DNA of 64,000 bases. Source: Candidatus Omnitrophota bacterium. Its GTDB lineage: Bacteria; Omnitrophota; Gorgyraeia; 2-01-FULL-45-10. A program made the position numbers and the translations under genes. The notes below the pieces were generated by a model that worked only from the letters and a program-made list of their open reading frames with translations, was not told where the DNA came from and made no database searches. Location: NCBI GenBank assembly GCA_003142795.1, contig PLNN01000017.1, positions 512 to 64,511 on the forward strand. Direction: 5' to 3'. Of this stretch, positions 57,051-64,000 are shown in pieces. Numbering within the stretch: position 1 is the stretch's first letter; every line of letters begins with the position of its first letter.

Positions 57051-58154
57051 TTAAATTATTGTGTTGTCTGTCTCTTTGTCAAAAAAATGGATCTTCGACA
57101 TATCGAAGACCAGGTCCATATCCTGATTGATCGTCGGCTTGTTGTGGCCGCCGACTTTAGCGACTAACGGGTTCTTGCCGGTATTGAGATACAGGAACGC
57201 CTCGGAGCCCATCGGCTCTATTACCTCACAGGTCGCCTTTATCGTATTCTCGGGCGGGGCATCGGACACAAAAAGCTTATCGTACATATCTTCCGGCCTT
57301 ATCCCGAATATGACCTCTTTATCGACGTACGGCAGCATGGGCTTCACCATAGCATCGATGAGTTTGACCTGGAATTTTCCTTCGTTAAAATACATCTTCC
57401 CATTCTTCTTTACGACCGTGCCATTCACGAAATTCATCGGGGGTGAGCCTATGAAGCCGGCCACGAATTTGTTGACGGGTTTGTCATAAAGCGTGATGGG
57501 GTCCGCTATCTGGTGGATGTGCCCGTCTTTCATGACTACGATCCTGTCGCCCATAGTCATGGCCTCTGTCTGGTCGTGCGTAACGTATATCATCGTCGTC
57601 TGGAGCCTTATGTGCAGCTTCTTTATCTCTGTCCTCATCTGCACTCTCATCTTGGCGTCCAGGTTCGACAACGGCTCGTCGAATAGAAAGACGAGCGGTT
57701 TTCTCACGATCGCCCTTCCTACGGCGACGCGCTGCCTCTGGCCGCCTGAAAGTTCCCTGGGCTTGCGATGCAGAAGCTTCTCTATCCCGAGGATGGTGGC
57801 CGCGTCTTTGACGCGCGTATCTATCTCTTGCTTGGGATATTTCCTTAAACGAAGGCCGAATGCCATATTGTCATAAACGGTCATGTGAGGATAGAGGGCG
57901 TAATTCTGGAATACCATGGCGATATTCCTGTCCTTTGGAGGGACGTCATTGACCATCTGGTCGCCTATATAGACATCGCCCGAAGTGGCCTCTTCGAGGC
58001 CGGCGATTATGCGCAGTGTAGTGGATTTGCCGCAGCCGGACGGCCCGACAAATACGATGAACTCTTTATTCTCGATCCCCAGGGTTATGTCGCGTATTGC
58101 CCAGACATTGCCTGGGAAGGCCTTTGATACATTCTTTAGACTTACTTGTGCCAT
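57051..58154 (-). CDS. ABC transporter ATP-binding protein, MalK/UgpC/MsmK-type sugar importer ATPase
   Basis: 367 aa. GPSGCGKST; LSGGQRQR; C-terminal TOBE/MalK regulatory domain. Confidence 0.8.
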   Translation of the reverse strand: MAQVSLKNVSKAFPGNVWAIRDITLGIENKEFIVFVGPSGCGKSTTLRIIAGLEEATSGDVYIGDQMVNDVPPKDRNIAMVFQNYALYPHMTVYDNMAFGLRLRKYPKQEIDTRVKDAATILGIEKLLHRKPRELSGGQRQRVAVGRAIVRKPLVFLFDEPLSNLDAKMRVQMRTEIKKLHIRLQTTMIYVTHDQTEAMTMGDRIVVMKDGHIHQIADPITLYDKPVNKFVAGFIGSPPMNFVNGTVVKKNGKMYFNEGKFQVKLIDAMVKPMLPYVDKEVIFGIRPEDMYDKLFVSDAPPENTIKATCEVIEPMGSEAFLYLNTGKNPLVAKVGGHNKPTINQDMDLVFDMSKIHFFDKETDNTII

Positions 58155-58192
58155 TAAGGTGGGATTATATCATATTGTTATAGTAGATGCAA

Positions 58193-59035
58193 TTAGAAAT
58201 AAGCTATAAGCTTGGAAAGTGTCTCTTTCATGTTCTTGCGGTGCACTATCATATCTATAAGGCCGTGGTTCAGCAGGAATTCGGCCCTCTGGAAACCGTG
58301 GGGAAGCTTCTGCCTTATTGTCTGCTCTATTACGCGCGGGCCGGTAAATCCGATCAGCGCCTTCGGTTCTGCTATTATAAGGTCTCCCAGCGAAGCGAAA
58401 CTCGCCATGATCCCGGCCATTGTCGGGTTCGTCAGTACCGATATGAACAGGCCGCCGGCCCTGTTATGCCTGCTCAGAGCCGCCGATGTCTTGGCCATCT
58501 GCATGAGCGAATACATTCCCTCGTACATCCTCGCGCCGCCGCCTGAACCTGACACTATTATTAGAGGCAATTTCTCTTTGGTGGAGCGCTCGATGGCCCT
58601 CGTCAATCTCTCTCCCACCACCGAGCCCATGGAGCCCATTATGAACCTGGCGTCCGTAACGCCTAATATGACGGGGCTGGAATTTAAAACGCCTTTGCCC
58701 GTTATGACCGCGTCTTTAAGCTTTGTGAGCTCCTGGTCTTTCTTCAGCTTCTCTTTATATGTCTTTGGCCCTTCAAAGTTAAGCGGATCGAGCGATTCCA
58801 TCCCCGCGTCCATCTCTTCGAAAGTGCCTTCGTCTATCAGGAGCTTCACGCGCTCATGCGCGCCGATATTGAAATGATAATTGCATTTATGGCATACGCG
58901 CATGTTCTCGTCGAGCTTTTTGTTATATATGAGCTCGTTACAATCTTCGCACCTCGTCCAGAGGTCCTCAGGGATGTCCCTTTTCTTGGCGACCTTGACT
59001 ATCGTGTATTTCGGTTTTCTCGGGAAAAGCGGCAT
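58193..59035 (-). CDS. accD: acetyl-CoA carboxylase carboxyltransferase beta subunit
   Basis: 280 aa. N-terminal CxxC..CxxC zinc finger (CEDC..CHKC); carboxyltransferase domain. Confidence 0.85.
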   Translation of the reverse strand: MPLFPRKPKYTIVKVAKKRDIPEDLWTRCEDCNELIYNKKLDENMRVCHKCNYHFNIGAHERVKLLIDEGTFEEMDAGMESLDPLNFEGPKTYKEKLKKDQELTKLKDAVITGKGVLNSSPVILGVTDARFIMGSMGSVVGERLTRAIERSTKEKLPLIIVSGSGGGARMYEGMYSLMQMAKTSAALSRHNRAGGLFISVLTNPTMAGIMASFASLGDLIIAEPKALIGFTGPRVIEQTIRQKLPHGFQRAEFLLNHGLIDMIVHRKNMKETLSKLIAYF

Positions 59036-59036
59036 G

Positions 59037-59678
59037 TTACCTCTTCAGCATTTCCTTCGCCTTGTCGACTGCGGTAGCGGCGTCTTTGGCATAAGCGTCC
59101 GCGCCGATCGAATTTGCAAAATCCTGGGTCACGGGAGCGCCGCCGACCATTATCTTCACTTTATCGCGGATGCCGGACCTCTCCAGCGCCTTTATCGTCT
59201 CTTTCATGGAGTTCATCGATGTTGTAAGGAGGGATGACATGGCAATAACGTCGATGCCGCCTTTTTTGGCGGCGTCCACGAATTTCTCGACAGGCACGTC
59301 TATCCCGAGGTCCGCGACTTCAAAGCACGCGCCTTTGAACATCATGCTCACTATATTCTTGCCTATATCGTGGAGATCGCCTTTTACCGTCCCTATAACG
59401 ACTTTCCCGGCCGGTTTTATCCCGCAGCTGATGAATTGGGGCTCTAAGATCGCCATGCCCGCGTGCATTGCCTTGGCAGATATCAGGACTTCCGGGATGA
59501 ATATCTCGTTACACTTGAATTTATTGCCTATTATCTCCATGCCGGCGATGAGGCCTTTATCGAGGATATCTTTTACCGCCATCCCCTGTTCAAGCGCGCA
59601 TTTGGTAAATGCCACGACGCCCGCCCTGTCGCCCTTCATCAGGGCATCTTTAATGTCTTTCAGTACAGTCTCACCCAT
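59037..59678 (-). CDS. corrinoid (cobalamin)-binding protein, methyltransferase-cognate type (MtbC/MtaC-like)
   Basis: B12-binding_2 helical cap plus Rossmann B12 domain with GDLHDIGK (DxHxxG). Start set at MGETVLKD, which has an AAGAGG RBS. The tracked ORF has an unlikely 42-aa N-terminal extension. Confidence 0.65.
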   Translation of the reverse strand: MGETVLKDIKDALMKGDRAGVVAFTKCALEQGMAVKDILDKGLIAGMEIIGNKFKCNEIFIPEVLISAKAMHAGMAILEPQFISCGIKPAGKVVIGTVKGDLHDIGKNIVSMMFKGACFEVADLGIDVPVEKFVDAAKKGGIDVIAMSSLLTTSMNSMKETIKALERSGIRDKVKIMVGGAPVTQDFANSIGADAYAKDAATAVDKAKEMLKR

Positions 59679-59717
59679 CTTTAGCCTCTTTCCGTAAAAT
59701 TTTTCATTACTCGCATG

Positions 59718-59857
59718 TTGGCAGATACCGGCAGGGTGCCCTTGAGGCGTTAAATTTTGTGAGCGAGCGTCGCAATTGAATGATACAAATCTTGTACATA
59801 CCAATTGCAGCGAGCCACAAAATTAGCCGAAAGGGCCCCTGCCGGTCAATCTGCCCT
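59718..59857. repeat. about 140-bp imperfect palindrome (long hairpin-forming inverted repeat)
   Basis: GGCAGATACCGGCAGGGTGCCC (59718-) pairs with GGGCCCCTGCCGGTCAATCTGCC (-59857). Inner arms (GTGAGCGAGCGTCGCAATTG vs CAATTGCAGCGAGCCACAA) are also complementary. Centre is near 59790. Confidence 0.5.
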
Positions 59858-59874
59858 ATCGGGTTAGGAAAATC

Positions 59875-61761
59875 TTACATCCACTTATCATACCACATCT
59901 CAAACATGAATAGCGACCAGATTTCTTTCCGGGTATCGTTCTCATTCGCCGCGAATTCGTCTTTCAGCTTATTTACATAATTATAATCGAATATGCCTTC
60001 TCTTTCAATCTTCTTCCTGTCAAAAGCCTCATCCAGCATGGGCCTCAGGTCCTCTTTGAGCCATTTCGCTACCGGGACTGCAAAGCCCTTTTTCGACTTT
60101 TTGAGCGTCTCTTCGGGAAGCTTGCCTTTCAGGGCGTCTTTCAGTATCCATTTTGTGTTAAAATTTTTGAGCTTCTGGGAAACCGGTATGGAACACGCGA
60201 ACCGGGCAAAGTCAGCGTCCAGGAACGGCGCCCTCACCTCGAGAGAATTCGCCATGCTCGCCCGGTCGACCTTGGTTAGAATATCATCGGTCATGTAGGT
60301 CTTCACGTAAATATATATGGCTTTGTCGAGAGGCGCAAGTTTAGCTGTATTATCGAAAGCTCTTTTCGTCGGCGCGTATATCTTGGACTGGCCGAGATCG
60401 AGTCCTAAACCCGGCAAAAACAGATTTTTTTGTTCCCGGGGCGTAAACGAACCTATCCACGCCTGGTGGCGGACATCCCCGGAAAAGTCCAGGCCCCTTA
60501 AAAATCTCTTTGCCTTGAAATTGGCGCTCATGTAATCGGTCGACGCCGCTGTGATCCTTGCCAGGACCTGTAACGGTATCTTTTTAAGCGCGCCGGGTAT
60601 CATAGACAGGTATTCATCGATCTTATGCGCGAGGAATGAAGGGTATCCCAGAAAGAGCTCGTCGCCCCCGTCGCCGCCTAACGCCACAGTTACGTGCTGT
60701 CTGGTAAATTTCGAGACCAGATACGTCGGGATTATAGAAGAGTCGGCGAACGGTTCGTCCAATAGATCTAATATTTTCGGGAAGATGCCGAGCATGGCGC
60801 CCGGGTCCAAGATCTCCTCGCGATGGTCCGTGCCGAAATATTCTGCTACGCGCCTTGCATCGCTCGATTCATCGAATGACTTTTCCTTGAATCCTATGGA
60901 GAATGTCTTTATCGACTTCGGGTCCATCAATTCGGCCATCATGGCAACAACGGCCGACGAATCGATCCCGCCGGATAAAAATACGCCGAGAGGCACATCG
61001 CTTATGAGGCGTTTCCTGACGGACTCTTTCAATAGCTCGAGGAGCCGCTTTTCAGCCTCTTTTAGATCGAATTTAGCGCCTCGCTCAAATTCCAGGTCCC
61101 AATACTCTTTTATCTCCGTCTTGCCGTTCTTAAGGACGAGATATGAGGCCGGCTCGAGTTTATATATATTTTTGAATATCGAATATGGCGTCGGCACGTA
61201 TTCATAGGCCAGGTATTTGGAAACGGCATCGGTATTGATCTCTTTTCTTGCGGACGGGTGTTTCAGGAGGGCTTTTAATTCCGAGCCAAATATGAACTGG
61301 TTGTCGAATGTGCCGTAATAGAGCGGTTTCTTGCCGAACCTATCGCGCGCAACGAAAAGAAGGTCTTTGCGGGAGTCCCATATGGCGAACGCGAACATCC
61401 CGTTAAAAAGTTTGAGGCAATCGACGCCGTACTCTTCATACGCCTGGATCACCACTTCCGTATCGGAATGCGTTTTAAAACTGCGGCCTTTCTTTATCAG
61501 CTCGTCCTTGATCTCCGGGAAATTATAGACCTCGCCGTTATATACGATGGCGATAGAGCCGTCAACGTTCGTCATCGGCTGATGGCCGGAGGCAAGGTCT
61601 ATGATCGAGAGCCTTCTGTGGCCAAGGGCAACATTATTTTTCAGGAAGACGCCGGCATCGTCCGGCCCTCTCAGCTTAAGCGTATCCATCATCGACTTCA
61701 GGATAGCTTCGGACGGGCGTTTGGACTTATCCAGATGTATGTAGCCGCAGATCCCGCACAT
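59875..61761 (-). CDS. asnB: asparagine synthase (glutamine-hydrolysing)
   Basis: 628 aa. MCGICG Ntn-amidotransferase start; SGGIDSS PP-loop. Confidence 0.85.
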   Translation of the reverse strand: MCGICGYIHLDKSKRPSEAILKSMMDTLKLRGPDDAGVFLKNNVALGHRRLSIIDLASGHQPMTNVDGSIAIVYNGEVYNFPEIKDELIKKGRSFKTHSDTEVVIQAYEEYGVDCLKLFNGMFAFAIWDSRKDLLFVARDRFGKKPLYYGTFDNQFIFGSELKALLKHPSARKEINTDAVSKYLAYEYVPTPYSIFKNIYKLEPASYLVLKNGKTEIKEYWDLEFERGAKFDLKEAEKRLLELLKESVRKRLISDVPLGVFLSGGIDSSAVVAMMAELMDPKSIKTFSIGFKEKSFDESSDARRVAEYFGTDHREEILDPGAMLGIFPKILDLLDEPFADSSIIPTYLVSKFTRQHVTVALGGDGGDELFLGYPSFLAHKIDEYLSMIPGALKKIPLQVLARITAASTDYMSANFKAKRFLRGLDFSGDVRHQAWIGSFTPREQKNLFLPGLGLDLGQSKIYAPTKRAFDNTAKLAPLDKAIYIYVKTYMTDDILTKVDRASMANSLEVRAPFLDADFARFACSIPVSQKLKNFNTKWILKDALKGKLPEETLKKSKKGFAVPVAKWLKEDLRPMLDEAFDRKKIEREGIFDYNYVNKLKDEFAANENDTRKEIWSLFMFEMWYDKWM

Positions 61762-61778
61762 AAGTCAGTCTAACCCTC

Positions 61779-63056
61779 CTAAAGCTTATTGATCACCAGC
61801 CCTGACAATGGTTTCGGATAGAAATAAGTGGCTTTTCGCGGCATCCTCTCGCCGAGCGACGCTATTCTTTTCACGTCGCCGGGCTTGGTGGGGTTCAGGA
61901 AGAACGCCGCGCCGTATTTGCCTTCTTTCATCAATTTAACAACATCTTTCGGGTCTTTGACGAATTCTATGTTGTCGTCGCCATCGCAGATGCCCAATAT
62001 ATGCTGAAATATGAATAAGTGCAGTATTGAAACGTCCAGCCGCTTCCATGCTTTTGGTTTATCTTTTATGGCCTTGTCAGATATTGCGGGGTCTTTTAAT
62101 TTCAGAAGATAAAACTCTTTTTTGCCAAGATACATTCCGAAACAATGGAGTCCTCCTTTATCCAATTTCGACATAAGGGCTTTAAGGTTCGGCGCTTTTT
62201 TTATGCTGAAATATTTTTCGAGCCGTTTCTTTATGTCGCCGGGTTTGAGCTCTCCTAAGTCCCTGACAAGCCTGTGCGCGGGCAGAACGGAGAGCATCTT
62301 TTCGTCGGATTCCACGAAATATACCATTAAATATTTTGAGCTTTCTTTGAGATGCTGAGGGACGTCCTTATTCTCTATCTCCGTGGCGTACATGCGCGCC
62401 ACCTCATACCGGTGATGGCCGTCTGCAATGAAGATGTTCTTATCGGCCATGAATTTTTCTATTTCCTCGATCAACGCTTCATCATCGAGCTTCCATATCC
62501 TGTTCCTTACGTTCTGGAACATGACATCGGAGGCAGGAGCGACCTTCGAACAGAACTTCTTCATCATGCTGACGATCTTATGATCCCTGTCGTCATAGAG
62601 AACGAATATCGGACTAAGATTAGCCCGGACCTCGCGCATGAGGTTAAGCCTGTCGGTCTTAGGCGCGGCCAGCGTATTTTCATGGGGCAATACTTTATTG
62701 CCGGCCATATCGATCTCCATAAGGCCTACAAAGCCCATCTGCTCTTTCGACTTACCATTATATGTGTAGATCTGGGAATAAACGTAAAAAGACTTGCCGT
62801 TGTCCTGGACGAGGATGTTATCTTTAAGCCAGCTATCAAAAAACTCTCCTGCGCGCGTGTAACGATTATACTTGGCAGTATCCACATCTTCGATCTTATT
62901 CAGTATCAGGCGCACAATATTATTGGGATGCGTCCTGTAAAGCTCATCCTGTAGGCTGTCGGATATTATATCGTAAGGAGGCGCTACAACAGCCCTCAGG
63001 TCATCCACGACTGCGGCATTATATCTCAAGCCTTTAAACGGAATTATCTTAGGCAT
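61779..63056 (-). CDS. DUF1015-family conserved protein
   Basis: 425 aa. Layout resembles the widespread DUF1015 proteins. No catalytic motif recognised. Confidence 0.45.
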   Translation of the reverse strand: MPKIIPFKGLRYNAAVVDDLRAVVAPPYDIISDSLQDELYRTHPNNIVRLILNKIEDVDTAKYNRYTRAGEFFDSWLKDNILVQDNGKSFYVYSQIYTYNGKSKEQMGFVGLMEIDMAGNKVLPHENTLAAPKTDRLNLMREVRANLSPIFVLYDDRDHKIVSMMKKFCSKVAPASDVMFQNVRNRIWKLDDEALIEEIEKFMADKNIFIADGHHRYEVARMYATEIENKDVPQHLKESSKYLMVYFVESDEKMLSVLPAHRLVRDLGELKPGDIKKRLEKYFSIKKAPNLKALMSKLDKGGLHCFGMYLGKKEFYLLKLKDPAISDKAIKDKPKAWKRLDVSILHLFIFQHILGICDGDDNIEFVKDPKDVVKLMKEGKYGAAFFLNPTKPGDVKRIASLGERMPRKATYFYPKPLSGLVINKL

Positions 63057-63058
63057 CT

Positions 63059-63328
63059 TTAATCTTTACCTTTATTCATGGAGCAGCCTTTGCAGCCGTC
63101 CGATTTCCCGCCCGAGCAGCCCTTGTCGCTATCGCTCTTCGATCCTCTTTTTTTCTTATAATCGTTCTCGTAGAATCCGCTTCCTTTGAATATTATTCCG
63201 CCGCCTGATCCTATCAGGCGATGGATTTTTCCGCCGCATTTGGGACATTTCTTTATAGGCTCATCGCTCATCTTCTGGAACTTCTCAAAAGTCCCGCATT
63301 TAGCGCATTCGTAATCGTAAGTCGGCAT
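63059..63328 (-). CDS. FmdB-family zinc-ribbon protein
   Basis: MPTYDYECAKCG..CPKCGG. Gly-rich tail ending in additional Cys residues. Confidence 0.65.
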   Translation of the reverse strand: MPTYDYECAKCGTFEKFQKMSDEPIKKCPKCGGKIHRLIGSGGGIIFKGSGFYENDYKKKRGSKSDSDKGCSGGKSDGCKGCSMNKGKD

Positions 63329-63342
63329 TTTCTCTCCCTTTA

Positions 63343-64000
63343 TTACCTGAATATTCTCCGCATCTTTTCTAAGAACGACCTGGCCAATGGCCCGCCGCCC
63401 TCTCCTGACACTCTCGCAAGTTCTTTGAGCGCCTTTTTCTGGTCTTGCGTCACTTCAGTCGGCACGTCGATCAGGACCTTGACGAGCTGGTCGCCTCTTC
63501 CGCGGTCGTGAAGATGGGCAACGCCCCTTCCTCTCAACCTGAATACCCTGTCGCCCTGTGTCCCGGGCGGTATCTTCATCATTATCTTGCCTTCGATCGT
63601 CGGCACTTCGACTTCCCCGCCGAGAACGGCTGTAACATAGCTTATCGGTACCTCGCATACTATATCGGAATCGTGCCGCTCGAACATCTCATGCTGCCGG
63701 ACATATATAAGAAGATAAAGGTCGCCGCGAGGCCCGCCTTTTTCTCCGGCCTCGCCTTCCCCGTGCATTCTAAGGCGCGAACCCGAATCTACGCCGGCCG
63801 GTATCTTGACCTTTATATTTCTCTGGGCTTTGATCCTTCCCGCTCCGCCGCATTCAGGGCATGGCGTCTTTATTATAGAACCCGTTCCACCGCACCTGGG
63901 ACAGGTCCTGACAATATTAAAAAATCCGCCCGATGAACTTACCCGCCCCTGTCCGCCGCAATCCGGACAGGTCTGAGGTTTCGTTCCGGGCTTTGCGCCG
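63343..64000 (-). CDS. dnaJ: molecular chaperone DnaJ, C-terminal part (gene 5'-truncated by window edge)
   Basis: Manual translation upstream of the tracked Met shows three CxxCxGxG zinc-finger repeats (CPDCGGQG, CPRCGGTG, CPECGGAG) with no stop to position 64000, followed by the DnaJ C-terminal domains. Confidence 0.8.
   Translation of the reverse strand, partial: GAKPGTKPQTCPDCGGQGRVSSSGGFFNIVRTCPRCGGTGSIIKTPCPECGGAGRIKAQRNIKVKIPAGVDSGSRLRMHGEGEAGEKGGPRGDLYLLIYVRQHEMFERHDSDIVCEVPISYVTAVLGGEVEVPTIEGKIMMKIPPGTQGDRVFRLRGRGVAHLHDRGRGDQLVKVLIDVPTEVTQDQKKALKELARVSGEGGGPLARSFLEKMRRIFR

Noticed and set aside
59679-59874. Possible cobalamin riboswitch upstream of the corrinoid-protein gene
   Set aside because: No B12-box (GCCACUG) or conserved GGUGCC/GCC core on either strand. 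The region is instead a long symmetrical palindrome.
59875-61761. AsnB as a PseA-like amidotransferase for acetamidino-Pse
   Set aside because: It is a full-length 628-aa class II glutamine amidotransferase asparagine synthase with an MCGICG start, located 45 kb from the pse genes among housekeeping genes. PseA-type enzymes are much shorter PP-loop proteins.
63343-63768. Tracked ORF presented as a complete 141-aa protein
   Set aside because: Manual translation shows the reading frame stays open upstream to the window edge. It encodes DnaJ zinc-finger repeats. The Met at 63768 is internal (MHGEGEAG), so the gene is 5'-truncated.
1-64000. Searched for tRNA, rRNA, CRISPR arrays, integrases, transposases and toxin-antitoxin or restriction-type defence genes
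   Set aside because: No cloverleaf-like tRNA candidates and no repeat-spacer arrays. No recombinase, transposase or nuclease/helicase motifs were recognised in any ORF of at least 60 aa. The island boundary appears to be set by a terminator and promoter rather than by mobile-element scars.

Overview
The window is dense, operon-organised bacterial DNA, about 45% GC by eye, with no rRNA, tRNA, CRISPR array or obvious mobile element. Roughly the first 52 kb is one very large glycan-biosynthesis island. Genes from 23 to about 35011 all run on the minus strand, and the operon switches to the plus strand at an AT-rich divergent promoter region (35024-35342). Within the island I can support eight activated-sugar pathways. 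(1) A near-complete pseudaminic-acid-type route (PseB, PseC, PseG-like, NeuB/PseI-family synthase, PseF-like cytidylyltransferase) that lacks a GNAT PseH. It is instead surrounded by an ATP-grasp enzyme, a metallophosphoesterase, several class I SAM methyltransferases, a B12-binding radical SAM enzyme, two radical SAM/SPASM enzymes, an extra cytidylyltransferase and an MsbA-like ABC exporter. (2) A second NeuB-like synthase set, with a radical SAM/SPASM enzyme, a NeuA-like cytidylyltransferase, a class III aminotransferase, a VOC protein and two methyltransferases. (3) dTDP-L-rhamnose (rmlC-A-B-D) plus a WecE-like transaminase. (4) An FdtA-like 3,4-ketoisomerase, a DegT transaminase and a methyltransferase. 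(5) A CDP-3,6-dideoxyhexose operon: G1P cytidylyltransferase, CDP-glucose 4,6-dehydratase, an SDR, a thiamine-diphosphate YerE-like enzyme, and a DdhC/E1-type dehydrase whose PLP lysine is replaced by His and which carries a C-X57-C-X1-C-X7-C motif. This is consistent with a branched-chain yersiniose-like sugar. (6) Ugd plus UXS for UDP-xylose. (7) A UDP-HexNAc dehydrogenase plus 4-epimerase. (8) Three GT4 transferases, a Wzx flippase, a GT-C/Wzy-like membrane protein, and a GT2 plus ArnT-like GT-C pair. A perfect 20-bp inverted-repeat terminator and a sigma70-like promoter separate the island from lptD. Downstream lie two tandem membrane GGDEF diguanylate cyclases, a MalK-like ABC ATPase, accD, an orphan corrinoid-binding protein preceded by a roughly 140-bp imperfect palindrome, asnB, a DUF1015 protein, an FmdB zinc-ribbon protein and a 5'-truncated dnaJ. 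All calls rest on motifs read from the supplied translations; no database searches were run.
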